DNA of 64,000 nucleotides from Vairimorpha necatrix (taxonomy: Eukaryota), in contig CP142726.1 in the NCBI GenBank assembly GCA_036630325.1, positions 62,001-126,000 of the forward strand, given 5' to 3'. Positions 1-13,042 of this stretch are shown piece by piece; position 1 is the stretch's first letter, and the number at the start of each line of letters is the position of its first letter. The notes beneath the pieces were generated by a model. That model was not told the origin of the DNA. It was given only the letters and a program-made list of their open reading frames with translations, and did no database searches. A program made the translations under genes and the position numbers.

Positions 1-1761
1 TACCATTCAAAGGTCCATGTACAAACACAATTTTATGATATATATATATATAAGAATTTATTGTGCAAAAAAAAATATATTTATAATTAATGCATGCGAC
101 AACTTCATTATTACAGTATATCAGTTAATAGATAAAAAACTTAAAAGCGATTGTTTCTTATAGATATTATGTACTGTAACAAATGAACCATTGCAAAAAG
201 TAATAAAGTTATATGTTTACTAATTTTAATTCCTAAAACTTTGTGTATAAGGCAAACAAATTTTGATACATACAGCAATGTTTATTATATCTTTTAAAAA
301 CAATTCTTTGAACTTATGTGTTTGAATTTAATTACTATATTTTATTTCTTGTTTTATAATAAAAAATTCTATGAAACAATTATACGCGGATTTTCAATAT
401 TGATTTTCGCTAGTATATGTTAATTACATTGAAAAAATACTCTTATGTATGTGTTTCTGTTTTAAATTTTTTTTATTAATTTTAGCCGAAATGTATGAAT
501 TGTATTTACAAATTAAAAAACCTTTTTAAGAGCATAAGATTTGATGTTTATCATAAACAAATATCCTGCTTATTTAGTGCATAGATTTTTGTATGTTATA
601 TAATACGTTCAATACTGTTTTAACGCTAAAATTATAAATATTTATTAATATACAATTGTAAAGGCCGATGTATCTTAAGTTTTTGATATAATTAATTATA
701 AACAAAGGTCATATGTACAAATATAGCACCGAATATATAAAATATCATAACCAAAATTAGAATTGTACGATAGGATTCATTTTGTCTATGCTTTTAAGTT
801 ATTGATGTCATTAAACTCAAGATGATTAAAAAACCATTAAAAATATAGTTAGAAAAACAAGAATATTAATTTCGAAAAATACATTTTTATAATCCAAAAT
901 ATACAATATAAAGGTTTTTTCTATTTAAATCGCAAATACAACTATAAATGAGTTAGATATAAAAAGTTTTAAAAAAAATTATTAAAAGTCAAAATCTTTA
1001 GTTATCTATAGTGAATGTTGTAGATAATGATATCGAATCTGTAAATCTATCACTGTTAGTATTTTTTTATAAGAATATAAATTTAATGCAAACCAACGTA
1101 TCAATATAATGCTTTCGTGTGGATTGTTTTTGTAAAAGAAAAATGAAAAAGCTAATTTTTTAAAAAACTAATTTTATACTTTTAGTAGAATATAAACATT
1201 AAAACTAGTATTAAACTTTTGACTATTATAATTGTTATTTACTTGCACATAATTACATATAACGCAAATCTCTGATTTTTTAAATAAAAAAAATGTCATC
1301 TGTTCATTATTTTACTAGAGTAAAGCCTCAAGATCAAAATAAATATTATCCAGAGATTAGAAATTGTTCTTGATAAAAATCTAATTTTTTTGATCTTTAT
1401 ACATATGCGATTTAAAGAATGTTAATTTATTTATGGGGTGTTTTTGATCAGAATTAATATTTGACGTATAACCCAATAAATGTTAATAAAAATTAAAGTG
1501 AATTGTCTGTAACAAGATTTTCTTCTCGTAGCATATTTAATACTAACAAATAACAAATATGTAATATGTATTTACTTAGATATTGAGGTTAATTAAACAC
1601 ATCATAAAGCCTTTCTAGAGGCTTTCTTTTATTTTTCGACATTTGTTAAATTAAATATATTACAATTTCGGTTTTTTTTTACGAAAATCATAAATTTGAA
1701 AAGACGTCAAAGTCATGTATATTGTAATTTATTATATAAAAAACGAATTATCTGAACCCTT

Positions 1762-2736
1762 ATGGTTTGTAAAATATTTTTGTATTTTCTTTTTGGTTGC
1801 AGTAAAATAACTTTTTTTGTAAATCACAAAGAAAATAATGTTTGTGATGGATACGTTGGATTTTCAAAAGAAGTTGATATATATGATGAAGTCAAAATTT
1901 TTCTCTCTTATGATTTAAATATTTTGGAAATAAAAATTGATTCTAACTCATACGTTGCAGATATCGTAACATTAGTAAGTGAATTTGGTTTACCTCTGTT
2001 TCCTATAGACATGAAAGAATTTGAAGAACTTCGAAGGTTAGGTTCAAATATACAAGACAGCGAACTGCGTAATTATTTTAATGATAGTGTAAAATATTTT
2101 AAATGTAGTTTTAACTGTGATGAGTACAAAACCTGTTTTTTAGAATATATTTTATATGATGCAAAAACCAACAATGTTTCATGGGCACATAGCTCTCCGT
2201 TGTTTCTTGATAAGAATTTTATTTCTGGAAATTCGTGCTGGCAAAACAAATGTGATTTAAAAATTGATGCATCAAGCCTAGATAGAATTATTGAATATTT
2301 AAACAAAAAATGCGATTTAGACACTCCCAACGTTTTAAGAGAAATAAAGAATGAGAAAATCAAGAAAAAATTATTGTTACAAGATGAGTTGGTAAATTCA
2401 TCATCTATAAAGTCCTGGGGAAATATGATAACAGAGTTGGATATCGAGTCTAATGATGAAAATCAACAAAATAATTTTCAACGTACAATTAATGATCATA
2501 ATCATAATAAAACAGAAAAAAAAAATTTAAACGATTCAAATGTTAATATGAAAACTGGAAACAACAATAACAACAAGAAAAAAGCAAAACCTTCATCAAA
2601 TCGTGGTCCAAATAACAATAATTCTAAAACCCCCGATGTCCCTTATAAAGGCTCATTGCGATATTACCACTACGTTATCATGTTTTTAGTAGCAGCACTA
2701 TCAGTATGTATTTATTCTAAATATAAAAGTAATTAA
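1762..2736 (+). CDS. Family A hypothetical protein (324 aa), predicted signal peptide, Asn-rich stalk and C-terminal TM helix (putative type-I surface protein)
   Basis: Intact ORF; TATATAAA and CCC just upstream of the ATG; hydrophobic N-terminus; C-terminal hydrophobic helix YVIMFLVAALSVCIY followed by a basic tail. Aligns by eye with 9302 and 17201 (FVNHKENNVCDGYVG, SVKYFKC, WAHS). Confidence 0.85.
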   Translation: MVCKIFLYFLFGCSKITFFVNHKENNVCDGYVGFSKEVDIYDEVKIFLSYDLNILEIKIDSNSYVADIVTLVSEFGLPLFPIDMKEFEELRRLGSNIQDSELRNYFNDSVKYFKCSFNCDEYKTCFLEYILYDAKTNNVSWAHSSPLFLDKNFISGNSCWQNKCDLKIDASSLDRIIEYLNKKCDLDTPNVLREIKNEKIKKKLLLQDELVNSSSIKSWGNMITELDIESNDENQQNNFQRTINDHNHNKTEKKNLNDSNVNMKTGNNNNNKKKAKPSSNRGPNNNNSKTPDVPYKGSLRYYHYVIMFLVAALSVCIYSKYKSN

Positions 2737-4872
2737 TTTTTTTTTTATGCAAAAATAATATTTTTTAATTACTTTAAAATGGTCATGTCATGCTTTCACC
2801 AATGCTTAATATTTCTATTCCGTATATTTATATTTAATATTTCTTGCTACACAGCAAAAAAAAGGAAAAACAAATAATTTTTTTTTTGTACAGATAAATT
2901 TTAATCTTTGCAGCACGTATAATTTTGATCGTGGCTTATAATTCAAATTATTGAATATGTTATTTTTTTATTGCTTTCTACGATGAAATTGTTTTTTGAT
3001 ACATTTCAATGCCTATATAGATAGTTGTAACCTCATTTCTTTTTTATAATTTTGCATTTATTATTTGTAATGTTTTATATACTTTATAATTTTGGAATTG
3101 TGCAAGCAATCGAGAATATTCATATTTTAAGTATATAATTTTTGTAGTTTATTATGGCTTCTACATTGTATATAGTCATCTATGATTTGTTTCTTCATTT
3201 ACCACCTCATAACATATTAAATTATAATTATCAAACATTTAGTATTGCTGAAATATTTTAGTGTTTAAAATATTTATTTATTGCAGTTGACAACTTCTTG
3301 ACAAAAAATTAAATTTTATATTTGCATTTTTATATTATTATTCATATAGTCTTAATTTGTTATTCAACTAAATTTTATATTTTAAAAGCATCCTGCATAT
3401 ATGTCTAATACAATAATTTTGCTGTGTTATTCACTATTGTACATATACATGACAATCAAAAAATTATATTATTTTGTTAATAGTTTATAATTTTATAAAA
3501 ATATTATAAGGAAGTCTCCTACGTGTATATATATCTTTTAAAACATTATTTAAATACCTAACTAGAATTAACGATATTATACGAATAATAGCCTTAGATA
3601 AATATAAGAAGTTGATAAAAAGCTAAATTTCAAATACATTAGAAGTCAGAAAAAATACAAAAATAGGCCTTATTACAAAATCATGATTAACTCATAGTCT
3701 CTGTGTAAATTATGTGACATTTTTACATGAAATAAAAAATGATGCTTTATCTTACAAAGTGTATTAACCTCCCTAGATGTACAATTACATATGATACTAT
3801 GTTCTTATCAAACTCAGGTTTATCGCGTAATCTCAAATATTTTTGATCATTTTTACTGGTAGTCTAAAAATTTCTTTAGTATCTAGTGTTCATTGGTTTA
3901 AGTAAAAATTTAGTTTTTTCATTTTTTGTGTGAGAACATATATAGAAGATGTAAATCGGTTCAATGTTTTATATAAAATTTAAGAGACAACTATATTAAA
4001 TCAAATTACCAACTACTAATTTTTTTTTAACGCATTCTTACAGCTTCACATTGCTTATAATCTTATATCAACCGAGTTTAAAAATGGCAATAAAACGCAT
4101 TAATTATATAAATACTCGTTTATTTTTACAATAAAACCTCTAATATTGTTAGTATCATAATTCTCTTTTTGTTTCAAAAAAAGTACATTACGATATGTGC
4201 AAACCATATTCTTCTAATAATCTAATAACTGCCCCAACAAAAATATCCCAAAAATTGGCAAAATTAGTCAAGAGACGTGTTTATAACTGTTTTTTTGCAT
4301 AATGACTGTACATTATACATAATATATAGACCTCTACTTAATTTTCTCAAAGGTTTTACTAACTTAAACTTATAGTATTTTTTTTTATAAACCTAAATCT
4401 ATTGTCTAGTTTCGAATCTATTGATATATTGTAATCGAATATGATGTAATAATTGGGTTTGATTACATTGTCTATAAAATTTATAATGCCACATTTGAAG
4501 ATCTATAAAAAAATTGACTTGTATAAGTACCTAAATAATCTCGAGTTTGAGTAATTGAAAAATGTGTTCAATAATATACATAAAGGTGATATTGTATATC
4601 ATACGCTTTGATAATTTAGATCCCACTACGCATGATTATGTTTTGAATTATATTTTAATCTATACATGTGTAATTATATAAAATTGATGTCTACAACTAT
4701 TTTACGTTTTTTGATTGCCATATTAAATATAAAAAAACTAGATATTACTCAACCAAAAAAAGAAAAATTTGTAGATATAATTAGATACTAAATTTTAAGA
4801 CATATTAATGATAATCTGACGAGTTATTGACAATTTAATTTAGTTTTAAATTCGAATTTTGTTAGATCTTCA

Positions 4873-5520
4873 GAGTAATGTAGGTTATTTTTGTGTTTAC
4901 TTTTTTAAATCTGTGAAATATGTTTATTTGTAAATCACAGAGAATCTGATAGTTGCGATTTATACCTTGGGTTTTTATTAGAAGATGTTTAATTTGATGA
5001 AATAAGATATTTTCTCGCTATTTCTAGATTTGCTAAGTTAAAAAATTGAACAGACATTATCTTGAAGAAATTATAATATTAGTTGCAAAATTTGAGATTA
5101 TTCTAACCGCTTTATAAAAAAATTTAGAAAAATACGAGAACTAAGTTCGAAACATCATAATCTGTAATAATTTTATAGACAGTGTGAAATAATATAAATG
5201 TAGTATTTATTTGCAGAAGATTACAAAAGCTGTGTATTTGAGTATATCCTGTTTAAAAAGAAAAAACTACTGCCTCGATGGCATACAACCAAGAAATAAT
5301 TTTAAACGAAAATACTAATTCTCGTAAAGTGCGTTGCAAAAGAAAATGTGATCTAAAAATTCTTATATTGAATTTAGACACAATTTTTGCATATTTATAC
5401 AACAAATGTTTATCGGGTAGTCTTAACATTTTAAAAGAAGTAAAGAATAAAAAGAACTTCCAAAGTCTTCTGTCACTTTATAGTTTGGATGACATGTATA
5501 TTATTGAGTTTACATAAATA
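4873..5520 (+). pseudogene. Family A pseudogene
   Basis: From 4879 it reads CRLFLCLLF*ICEICLFVNHRESDSCDLYLGF versus CKIFLYFLFGCSKITFFVNHKENNVCDGYVGF in 1762. Later blocks DSVK*YKCS and KCDLKI also match. Stops and frameshifts present; no ATG or CCC. The 3' end is approximate. Confidence 0.8.
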
Positions 5521-7310
5521 AAGGTTAACAAATCAGTCATATCTATTTATAGTTTTATCAATAAAAATTTTGAAAAAAATAATATAAAATACTCAAGCTT
5601 GGTCGGAATTTGTCAAACCAAACTAAAAGCGATGTGGGTGGACATGTTGATCGAAAAAATAATAACAACTTTGAATTACCTACATTTTTTATTCAGAAAT
5701 TGATGATAGTAATCCTAAGAAACACATTCAAAGTTCTCCTAAATATTATCTCTATGGTATCATCGTTCTATCTATTGTTGTCTCGGCGAGGTTATTTCAA
5801 TTTAATTGTTGATGCACATAAAAGATTTTTTAACAAATTCTAAATATATTTATAGAATAAAATTGGAACGAATGTTTATTTGATCTATTTTAGATTAATA
5901 CTTGTACTTACCTATAAAATTTACTACTTGCGAAATCAGTAAATAGGATTACTTCGATACTTATAGATCTGGACGCTAGGAATACATTTAAGATCATACA
6001 TAAGAACAGGATTAAATAATTTATTAGTTTTTATCGTATCATTCTAAGATTTTAATAGATGAAATTTGTTGAGCATGAGATTCTAATCATTTTCGTAAAA
6101 TATGCCATGCCAAGTAGTTAAATTCAATATACATAAAGCGCGATAGGAATTAATCTTATTCTTTAATACTTATTTTATCAACACATGATCGAAATGTTTT
6201 TGTATTGTATTTTAAGATGGTAAAATGTTGGGAATACAAATTTAACTATGTTTATTCAATTTGCAAACGGAAAAATCATCTTTTTATTTATCTGTCTTTT
6301 GTTTAGTATGTTCTAACATCGATTTAAACTGCAAATATACTTGTGATTATCAGTAAGTACAATGTTTTCCTATCATTCGACTTATTTCATAAAAAAAATT
6401 AAAGATTGAGACCAAGACGGGCTGAATATGGGCTTATTCGTTGGTTTCAATAAAACAAAATATTTAAATAGTTGTTGTTTTTTGTGAAGCATCAATATGC
6501 ATACATTTTTTTAAAGCTAAAAAATCCCAATATATTTTGCATATTTAGTTTTTTATGTAAAAAGTTTATTGTATACTTCTATAATATGTATTTTAGTATT
6601 TAAATAAAACAGTGGTCTTTGGAGTAGTTTATAAGAAAAATTAAAATTTAACAGTCTTATGTTCACGCGCTACTCAAGCTTAAACATAGGTATAATATTT
6701 TCATTTACGCTTTTCATTATGTATTTAAAGTCTAAAATTTCAGCTGATATAATATTCTCCTACAGCCAAGTATTCTGACGGGAATACATGCATCGTTTCT
6801 ACAATTTGTAAACTGTTAAATATGGCGAAAAAGAAGCAACTTACACAAACTTAAGGCTTTTTTCATTTCTAAATAAATAGTATGGCAATTGGTTCATGTA
6901 AGTAATAGTTCTAAGGGGTTCTATAAAAAAAACTAAAATTTAATAACAGGCATATTAGACAAACTTTGTGTCATAAATACCGTTAACGAAAAATAAAAAG
7001 CAGAAATTTTTAGCTAATCTTTACTTTGACCTCCCCCTCAAATAAATTAAAATTTTTATTTTCAGTTTTTTTTTCGAAAGTAGAAGCGTCAAGTGCGGAA
7101 AAGGACAAAAAAAATCTACATAGTAAAAAAACGTCTTATTAAGAGCTAATTTGATATATATTAACAAAAAAAACATGATTTTAATCCTTTTAAATAATGA
7201 AATTATTCGAAATTTGGGTTAAAAGCAGATGAAATTTGTAGGTTTTTCTTTCAATTTTTATCATTACAATTAATTTTTGTTATTGTAAAAAATGTTTTTA
7301 ATCATTTTTG

Positions 7311-8381
7311 GGCTAATATCAGCATCTGTGTAAAAAAACTGGGAGGTCAAAATTTTTAAAAAATTGCCCCTTTTTTTTAAAAAACGAAGGGAATGATGAG
7401 CAATGAAGAAATTAAAGATTTTTATATATCTTTAACAAATAAGAAATACAATCAGAAATGTATTAAATGTGGTTGGGATACAGCTATTGTATCAAATGAA
7501 ACTGCTTACTTGAGGTGTAAGTCTTCAAATTGCAAACGCAGATTTTCAATTTGGAAAAATTCTTTTTTTGAAAACACTAGACTAGAACATTTACTGATGT
7601 TAAAAATAGTAAATTTGTGGATATTAGGAATTAAAGTAATTCTTATATCAAAGATTTTGGAATGTAATGTACAAAATGTAAGTTACACCCTAGATAAATT
7701 ATTTAAATTAAAAATTTATGGTAAGTATTTGAACAAGCTGAAGCAGATAGGCGGACAAGATATCATTGTAGAAATAAATTAAAGTTAAATTGGCAAAAAT
7801 AAGCATCATAGGGGAAGATTAGTTAAGGGGGTTTGGTGTTTCGGTATGGTGGAACAAACCGAAGCAAAGAAGATTGTATTAGTAATTAGAAAATAAAGAG
7901 ACAGGGATACATTATTTTCAATCATGTTTAAGCATGAAAATTATGAATCCGTATTTCATTCGGATATGTGGAGGGCGTATGCAACGTTAAAAAATCATTA
8001 TGCGGAACATAGGACTGTGAATCACAGTCAAACTTTTAGAGACAGAGAGAGGGGTGTGCATACAAACACCATAGAAGAAAATATGAGGTCTTTAAAAGCC
8101 TCTATACCTAATAGGTGTAGGACCTATGAACTTGCTGAAATATATTTAGTTCTATATATGATTAAAAGAAATGAGAGCAAAGACATCTTCAAAGCATTAT
8201 TAAAATTATGTTTTTGATATATTTTATTTATTTTAAAGTTAATTATTATGCATTTTTATATCTTAATTGTGTTTTATTTTTTTTTTCTGAAGTTTTCTCT
8301 TCCCTTCGTTTTTTAAAAAAAGGGGCAATTTTTTAAAAATTTTGACCCCCCAGTTTTTTTACACAGATCCTAATTTTAGCC
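7311..8381 (+). mobile_element. Merlin (IS1016/IS1595-like) DNA transposon, full length, inactive
   Basis: Roughly 82-bp TIRs beginning GGCTAA (7311-7392 and 8301-8381). Perfect 8-bp TSD CATTTTTG at 7303-7310 and 8382-8389. Internal transposase. Confidence 0.95.
7393..8217 (+). pseudogene. Merlin DDE transposase pseudogene
   Basis: One frame: N-terminal Cys pairs (CIKC...CKSSNC), GGQDIIVEIN*S*IG (consensus VEIDESKFG), GVWCFGMVE, HSDMWRAY, HRTVNHS, HTNTIE. Three in-frame stops, and the first catalytic D is changed to N. Confidence 0.9.
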
Positions 8382-9301
8382 CATTTTTGCTATCATATGC
8401 AAATTCTAGTTTAATTTAATTATTTTTAAGCATGTATATCTTAGTTTGATTCTTTTCAGTATTTCGATGGATTTATTGTCAAATAATGTTGCAATATTGA
8501 TATCTTTTGTACATTTTTGAATCACATAATAGATCAATTTACATGATATGCAAAATTTTTCTTCCAAGTAAAGCATCATATATTTATATGTGTGTTTATT
8601 TATTAAGGAAAGTCGCTTATTACGATGTGAAAACCTTATTAATTTTGTTTATAAAGAGATTGATCAAGACTTATCCTTATTATACATTGCACAGAATAAA
8701 GATAAGTTTTGATCAATAATTGGAAGAAGAAATAATTAAAAAAAAAAAATCAAAAAACAAAAAAAGAAATTATTAATTTATAGTAAACATACTATTTTAT
8801 TACAACTTTGTTTTTTTGATTTTTACTATTCCTCATTTTTTCCGCTTCGACTCCTTAAAATCAGAGCTAAAACTAAAAAATATTGTGTTTATACTGACAA
8901 GGGGAGCTAAAGTAAAAATGCTCTTAAATTTTATTAAAAAATTAAAATCGTTTATTTGATAATTAAGGATACATCTGCTACATTAGATTTGATTTTTTTT
9001 AATTTGCGTTAGATTATATAAAATTATTCAAAATGTTCATAAATACCTTTTCTAATGTTTAGTAATATGTATAATTTTTTTTAAAAGTTAATTGATTAAA
9101 TTTATCAGATATCATGTAAATACCTCATAGGTTATTTTTAAGTTTAATTATACGAATTTAATTCATAAAACAAGATGTTAAAAAAGTATATATTGGTAAT
9201 GCATAAAAATAAAACTTAGTTTGCAATGATTTTGTTTAGCATTATTTATCAAACAATCAAATTAATTTGTTATTTATAAATTTGATTTTACTTCGCCCCA
9301 T

Positions 9302-10147
9302 ATGTTCGAGAAAACATGTTTTTATTTACTTTTTGGATATTGTCAGTATGTTTTACATATAAAAAATCAAGCAGACGGTAAATGTGTGATCTATATTGGT
9401 GCTACTAATAAAGCTGATAAAGAGAATACCATGAAAATAGTTTTATCTGACACATTACGTTTGAAGGAAAAAGCAACAAATAGTCCCCAAAACACTAATA
9501 ATATTGCTCGAACAGTTCTTGACAACGGACAGCTTTTCTTTCCAGTATCAAACAACGAATATGATAAAATTAGAGAAATTGGATTGAAGATTCCTGATAG
9601 TAGACTATGCAAAAATTTTTGCAAAAGTGAAAAATATTTTGAATGCAAGTTAAAATTACCCAAAGGTAAAAAATTACATTTCGATTTTATTTTATCTGAT
9701 CCTAAAACCAAAGGGATAACCTGGGCCCATTCTCAATCGTTCTACTTTAATACTATTCCATGTTCTAGTCAGTTAATGCTTAGCGAACATATAAGTTTAG
9801 ATTTACCAGAAACACTGAGGGAGTTACTAAAATTTGATTTAAAACTTTTAAATATTGTTGATTATTATATGGAAGATAAAAAAATTGAAAATGAAATAAA
9901 AAATTCTCAGAATGATCAATCATTATTAGAAAAATGTAATGTAAATGATACGTGTAAGAAATGTTCAAAAGATGATATTAGCGAAAGCAAAAACAATCAA
10001 GAAACTCAAACATTACCTGTTTCTTGCACCAATAATTCTAATGATTTCCACAATAACACTATGATATTTTCATTGGGGGTTTTTGTTTTATTTGTTTTTA
10101 CGTTGTTAGGTATTTTTTTGAAATATAAATTTATTTATAATTCTTAA
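9302..10147 (+). CDS. Family A hypothetical protein (281 aa), predicted signal peptide and C-terminal TM
   Basis: Intact ORF in a CCCCATATG context. Shares FYLLFGYC, C-x2-YIG, SEKYFEC and DPKTKGITWAHS with 1762. C-terminal hydrophobic helix. Confidence 0.85.
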   Translation: MFEKTCFYLLFGYCQYVLHIKNQADGKCVIYIGATNKADKENTMKIVLSDTLRLKEKATNSPQNTNNIARTVLDNGQLFFPVSNNEYDKIREIGLKIPDSRLCKNFCKSEKYFECKLKLPKGKKLHFDFILSDPKTKGITWAHSQSFYFNTIPCSSQLMLSEHISLDLPETLRELLKFDLKLLNIVDYYMEDKKIENEIKNSQNDQSLLEKCNVNDTCKKCSKDDISESKNNQETQTLPVSCTNNSNDFHNNTMIFSLGVFVLFVFTLLGIFLKYKFIYNS

Positions 10148-10330
10148 AAATTTAAATTATATAAATAGTAATTAGTCTATAACTTAAACATTATTTTTTA
10201 AAATACAAATTTTGCATATTAAAATTATTTCATCGCACCATTTAAATATTAGGCTTATTGTCTAGGTATTAGATGTAAAAGTTACATTTGTAAAGAAAAG
10301 TCAAGTTCGGTGTGTTTGTTGCTTTGGTTC

Positions 10331-10679
10331 TGGCGTGTTTACCGGGAAGCTTGCCTGTGGCAAGAAACCATTCAATGATGCTACGGTTTGGGGAGCCGTG
10401 AAAACCGGAGTTAAAAGAGTTAGAGTGAATAGATTGTTTATTTGTTATATAAAGAGTTTTGTTTATCTGATTTGTAGAAGGAAGAATGTTTGTTTGCGTT
10501 CTGATGTTGTACCATGTTTGTTCATGGAATTTCTTTATTTATATACATGGTAACCAATAGGAAGAAATAAGATTTGGCTAACCAATAATAGTCGACCATA
10601 ACTGATCGTTCCGAAGAAGCATCAGCGTTTAAGTATTTATTGGTTTTATATATCATGTGGTATGATCCATTATACCACA
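10331..10679 (-). repeat. 3' LTR (349 bp)
   Basis: Direct repeat of 12570-12917. Confidence 0.95.
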
Positions 10680-10691
10680 TACTGGCCTCCT

Positions 10692-12567
10692 TCAGAACTT
10701 CAAATTTCGAATATGCGTCCATGTCTTATCGCCTTTGAGTCGTACCCAATTCCCTTTAGATCCAACTTCTTCAATTAACCTTTTTGGTCCATATTTGCGA
10801 TCAAGTTTAGAGGCGGTCAAATTTCTTTTATAAACTGTATTTTCTTTCATGAGAGGTGGAATATGCTTGATAGATTTATACTTTGGTGTGTATGTCTGGA
10901 GGCTTGTTTTCAATGTCATAGAAATCTCGCTTATTGGCTATAATATATGGAGATGTTCGAATTCCTCTATTATAATTTATGTTTAAAGTTTCCTCGGCGG
11001 TTTTAACTGTTTTTAGTATACTTTGATTTTTATTAATGGATAGTATAAACGCGATGGTCTGATTTATTCGCTCCGAGATTCCGTTAGATTTCGGTGTATA
11101 TGTAGGTATCAATATATGATTTATTCCCACTTCTTTGAAATAGTTCTTCAGTGCTGAGGACGTGTATTGCCTGCCGTTATCTGATATTACGTGCTTAGGC
11201 TGTTCTTTTATTTTTGTCCAATAATCTATCGACTCGATTATTTGTCTTGTTTTAATCGATTTAAAGAAAAATAATTTACTTTCTCTTAAAAATATATCTG
11301 ATATAGTCAGGATATATCCTGTCTTTTCCTCAGGAGTTGAATTGTCGTTTTGTTCGTAATATTTGAACGGTCCAAATATGTCTGTTGAGATTCGTTCATA
11401 TAGTTTTAAAGATTCCATTTTTGCATTTTGTTGGTGTTTATTATTGATAATATTGTAATGTCTACATATTTTGCATCTTTTGACCACTTTTGTTATGTGT
11501 TTTACTATTTTACTTATGTGAAAGTATTTTTTAATGTTATTATATATCGTTGATATACCTCTGTGGCCTGAAATTTCGTGAATGGTTTTTAAAAATTGTG
11601 CAATATAATTTTGTTTGACAATATATTTTCCGCTTCGATTTTTTTGCAACTTCTCGTCTTTATAGATGCATGATTCTTTGACAGAATTTTCATATTGGGT
11701 TCTTAGAGATGCTGGTTGGATTATAAAGCACCGTGAAAATGTGTCTGTTGCTACATTGTTTTTTCCTAAAATTTTTATTCCATCGGATGTATTCGTTTTT
11801 ATTTCAGTAATTAGTAAATTCTTTTTATGTTCTTTATCATTCCTATGCAGGGAACAGTCCTTTGTGTTATGAAATTTCGATTGGTGATACTTACACCATT
11901 TTTTGTTTGAAAAGGTTTTTTTTACTTTAGAGTCAGATATCGTGGTTGCACAGTATTGTTTAGCGTCTGTCAATTGTGCTATGATTGTTTCTTCCAATTC
12001 CGGTAAAAAATTAATTACTTCTTCGAATGAAGCCGTTTTAAGTCGTTGGTCTGTAATTTTTATTGTGGTGTGTACACCTAGACCTTTAAAGAAAATTTCT
12101 TCTTGTTTTCTTTCTACCTCCTTCCTAGTCAATTCATTGACATGTATATATCCTTCTAGTTCTTTTAAGATTTTCTCCATATATTCGTTTATGGTTTTAT
12201 AGTCCGTCTGTTTGATTTTATCTATTTTATTAGAAAGTATTCTGTATTTAGTTTTTGGGTAAATTATGTCAAGAAGCTGTTTTCTTAGAGCAATATAGCT
12301 TTTCTTAGCAAGTTTTTCTTTGTACATGCTATTGTAAATTAAACTGTGGTAAATTTGTCCTGCTTGGGAGTCGTTCCACTTGTTATAATTGGAAAGTGTT
12401 TCAAAATCATTTAGATTTCTGAGCGAAAGTTCTGTTTTAATATTATAAATTTTTTGTATATGCTCTCTGATGGTAGTTTCGGTTCCTTCTACGGTTCGCG
12501 TGAATTCGGCGTAGAAATGTTTATTTTCAGATATGAACTCTTTTTTCGTATAGCCATTTGAGCTCAA
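10692..12567 (-). pseudogene. Gag-integrase fusion polyprotein remnant
   Basis: Gag-like region with a CKYHQSKFHNTKDC knuckle, then directly the RNase H tail (GKNNVATDTFSR), the HHCC zinc domain and the rve core (DIFGP, SDNGRQY, NGISERIN). The integrase C-terminus (KLDRKYGP...HIRNLK) is frameshifted into ORF 10692-10919. The likely ATG at 12557 is 1 nt out of frame at an A6 run. Confidence 0.85.
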
Positions 12568-12569
12568 AT

Positions 12570-12917
12570 TGGCGTGTTTACCGGGAAGCTTGCCTGTGGC
12601 AAGAAAGCTTTCAATGATGCTACGGTTTGGGGAGCCGTGAAAACCGGAGTTAAAAGAGTTAGAGTGAATAGATTGTTTATTTGTTATATAAAGAGTTTTG
12701 TTTATCTGATTTGTAGAAGGAAGAATGTTTGTTTGCGTTCTGATGTTGTACCATGTTTGTTCATGGAATTTCTTTAATTATATACATGGTAACCAATAGG
12801 AAGAAATAAGATTTGGCTAACCAATAATAGTCGACCAAACTGATCGTTCCGAAGAAGCATCAGCGTTTAAGTATTTATTGGTTTTATATATCATGTGGTA
12901 AGATCCATTATACCACA
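12570..12917 (-). repeat. 5' LTR (348 bp)
   Basis: Direct repeat of 10331-10679; begins TGTGGTATAA on the minus strand. Confidence 0.95.
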
Positions 12918-13042
12918 GGTTCAAAACAACTATAGTCAAATATAATTAATCTTTATATCCTTAAAAACTTTTGTTTTAATACATGATCTGAAAGCCAATG
13001 CTTAAATACTTCATATTTTGTATCAATATTAGTCACGTTTAA

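Larger units (their letters stand above)
10331..12917 (-). mobile_element. Ty3/Gypsy LTR retrotransposon derivative, internally deleted (Gag plus integrase only)
   Basis: LTRs at 10331-10679 and 12570-12917 with TG...CA termini and about 5 differences by eye. 5-bp TSD GGTTC at 10326-10330 and 12918-12922. Purine-rich GAAGGAGG precedes the 3' LTR. Confidence 0.95.

Noticed and set aside
10335-12777. Duplicated MFTGKLACG ORFs and the ORF at 10522-10722
   Set aside because: They lie within the two LTRs, so the duplication is explained by the LTRs.
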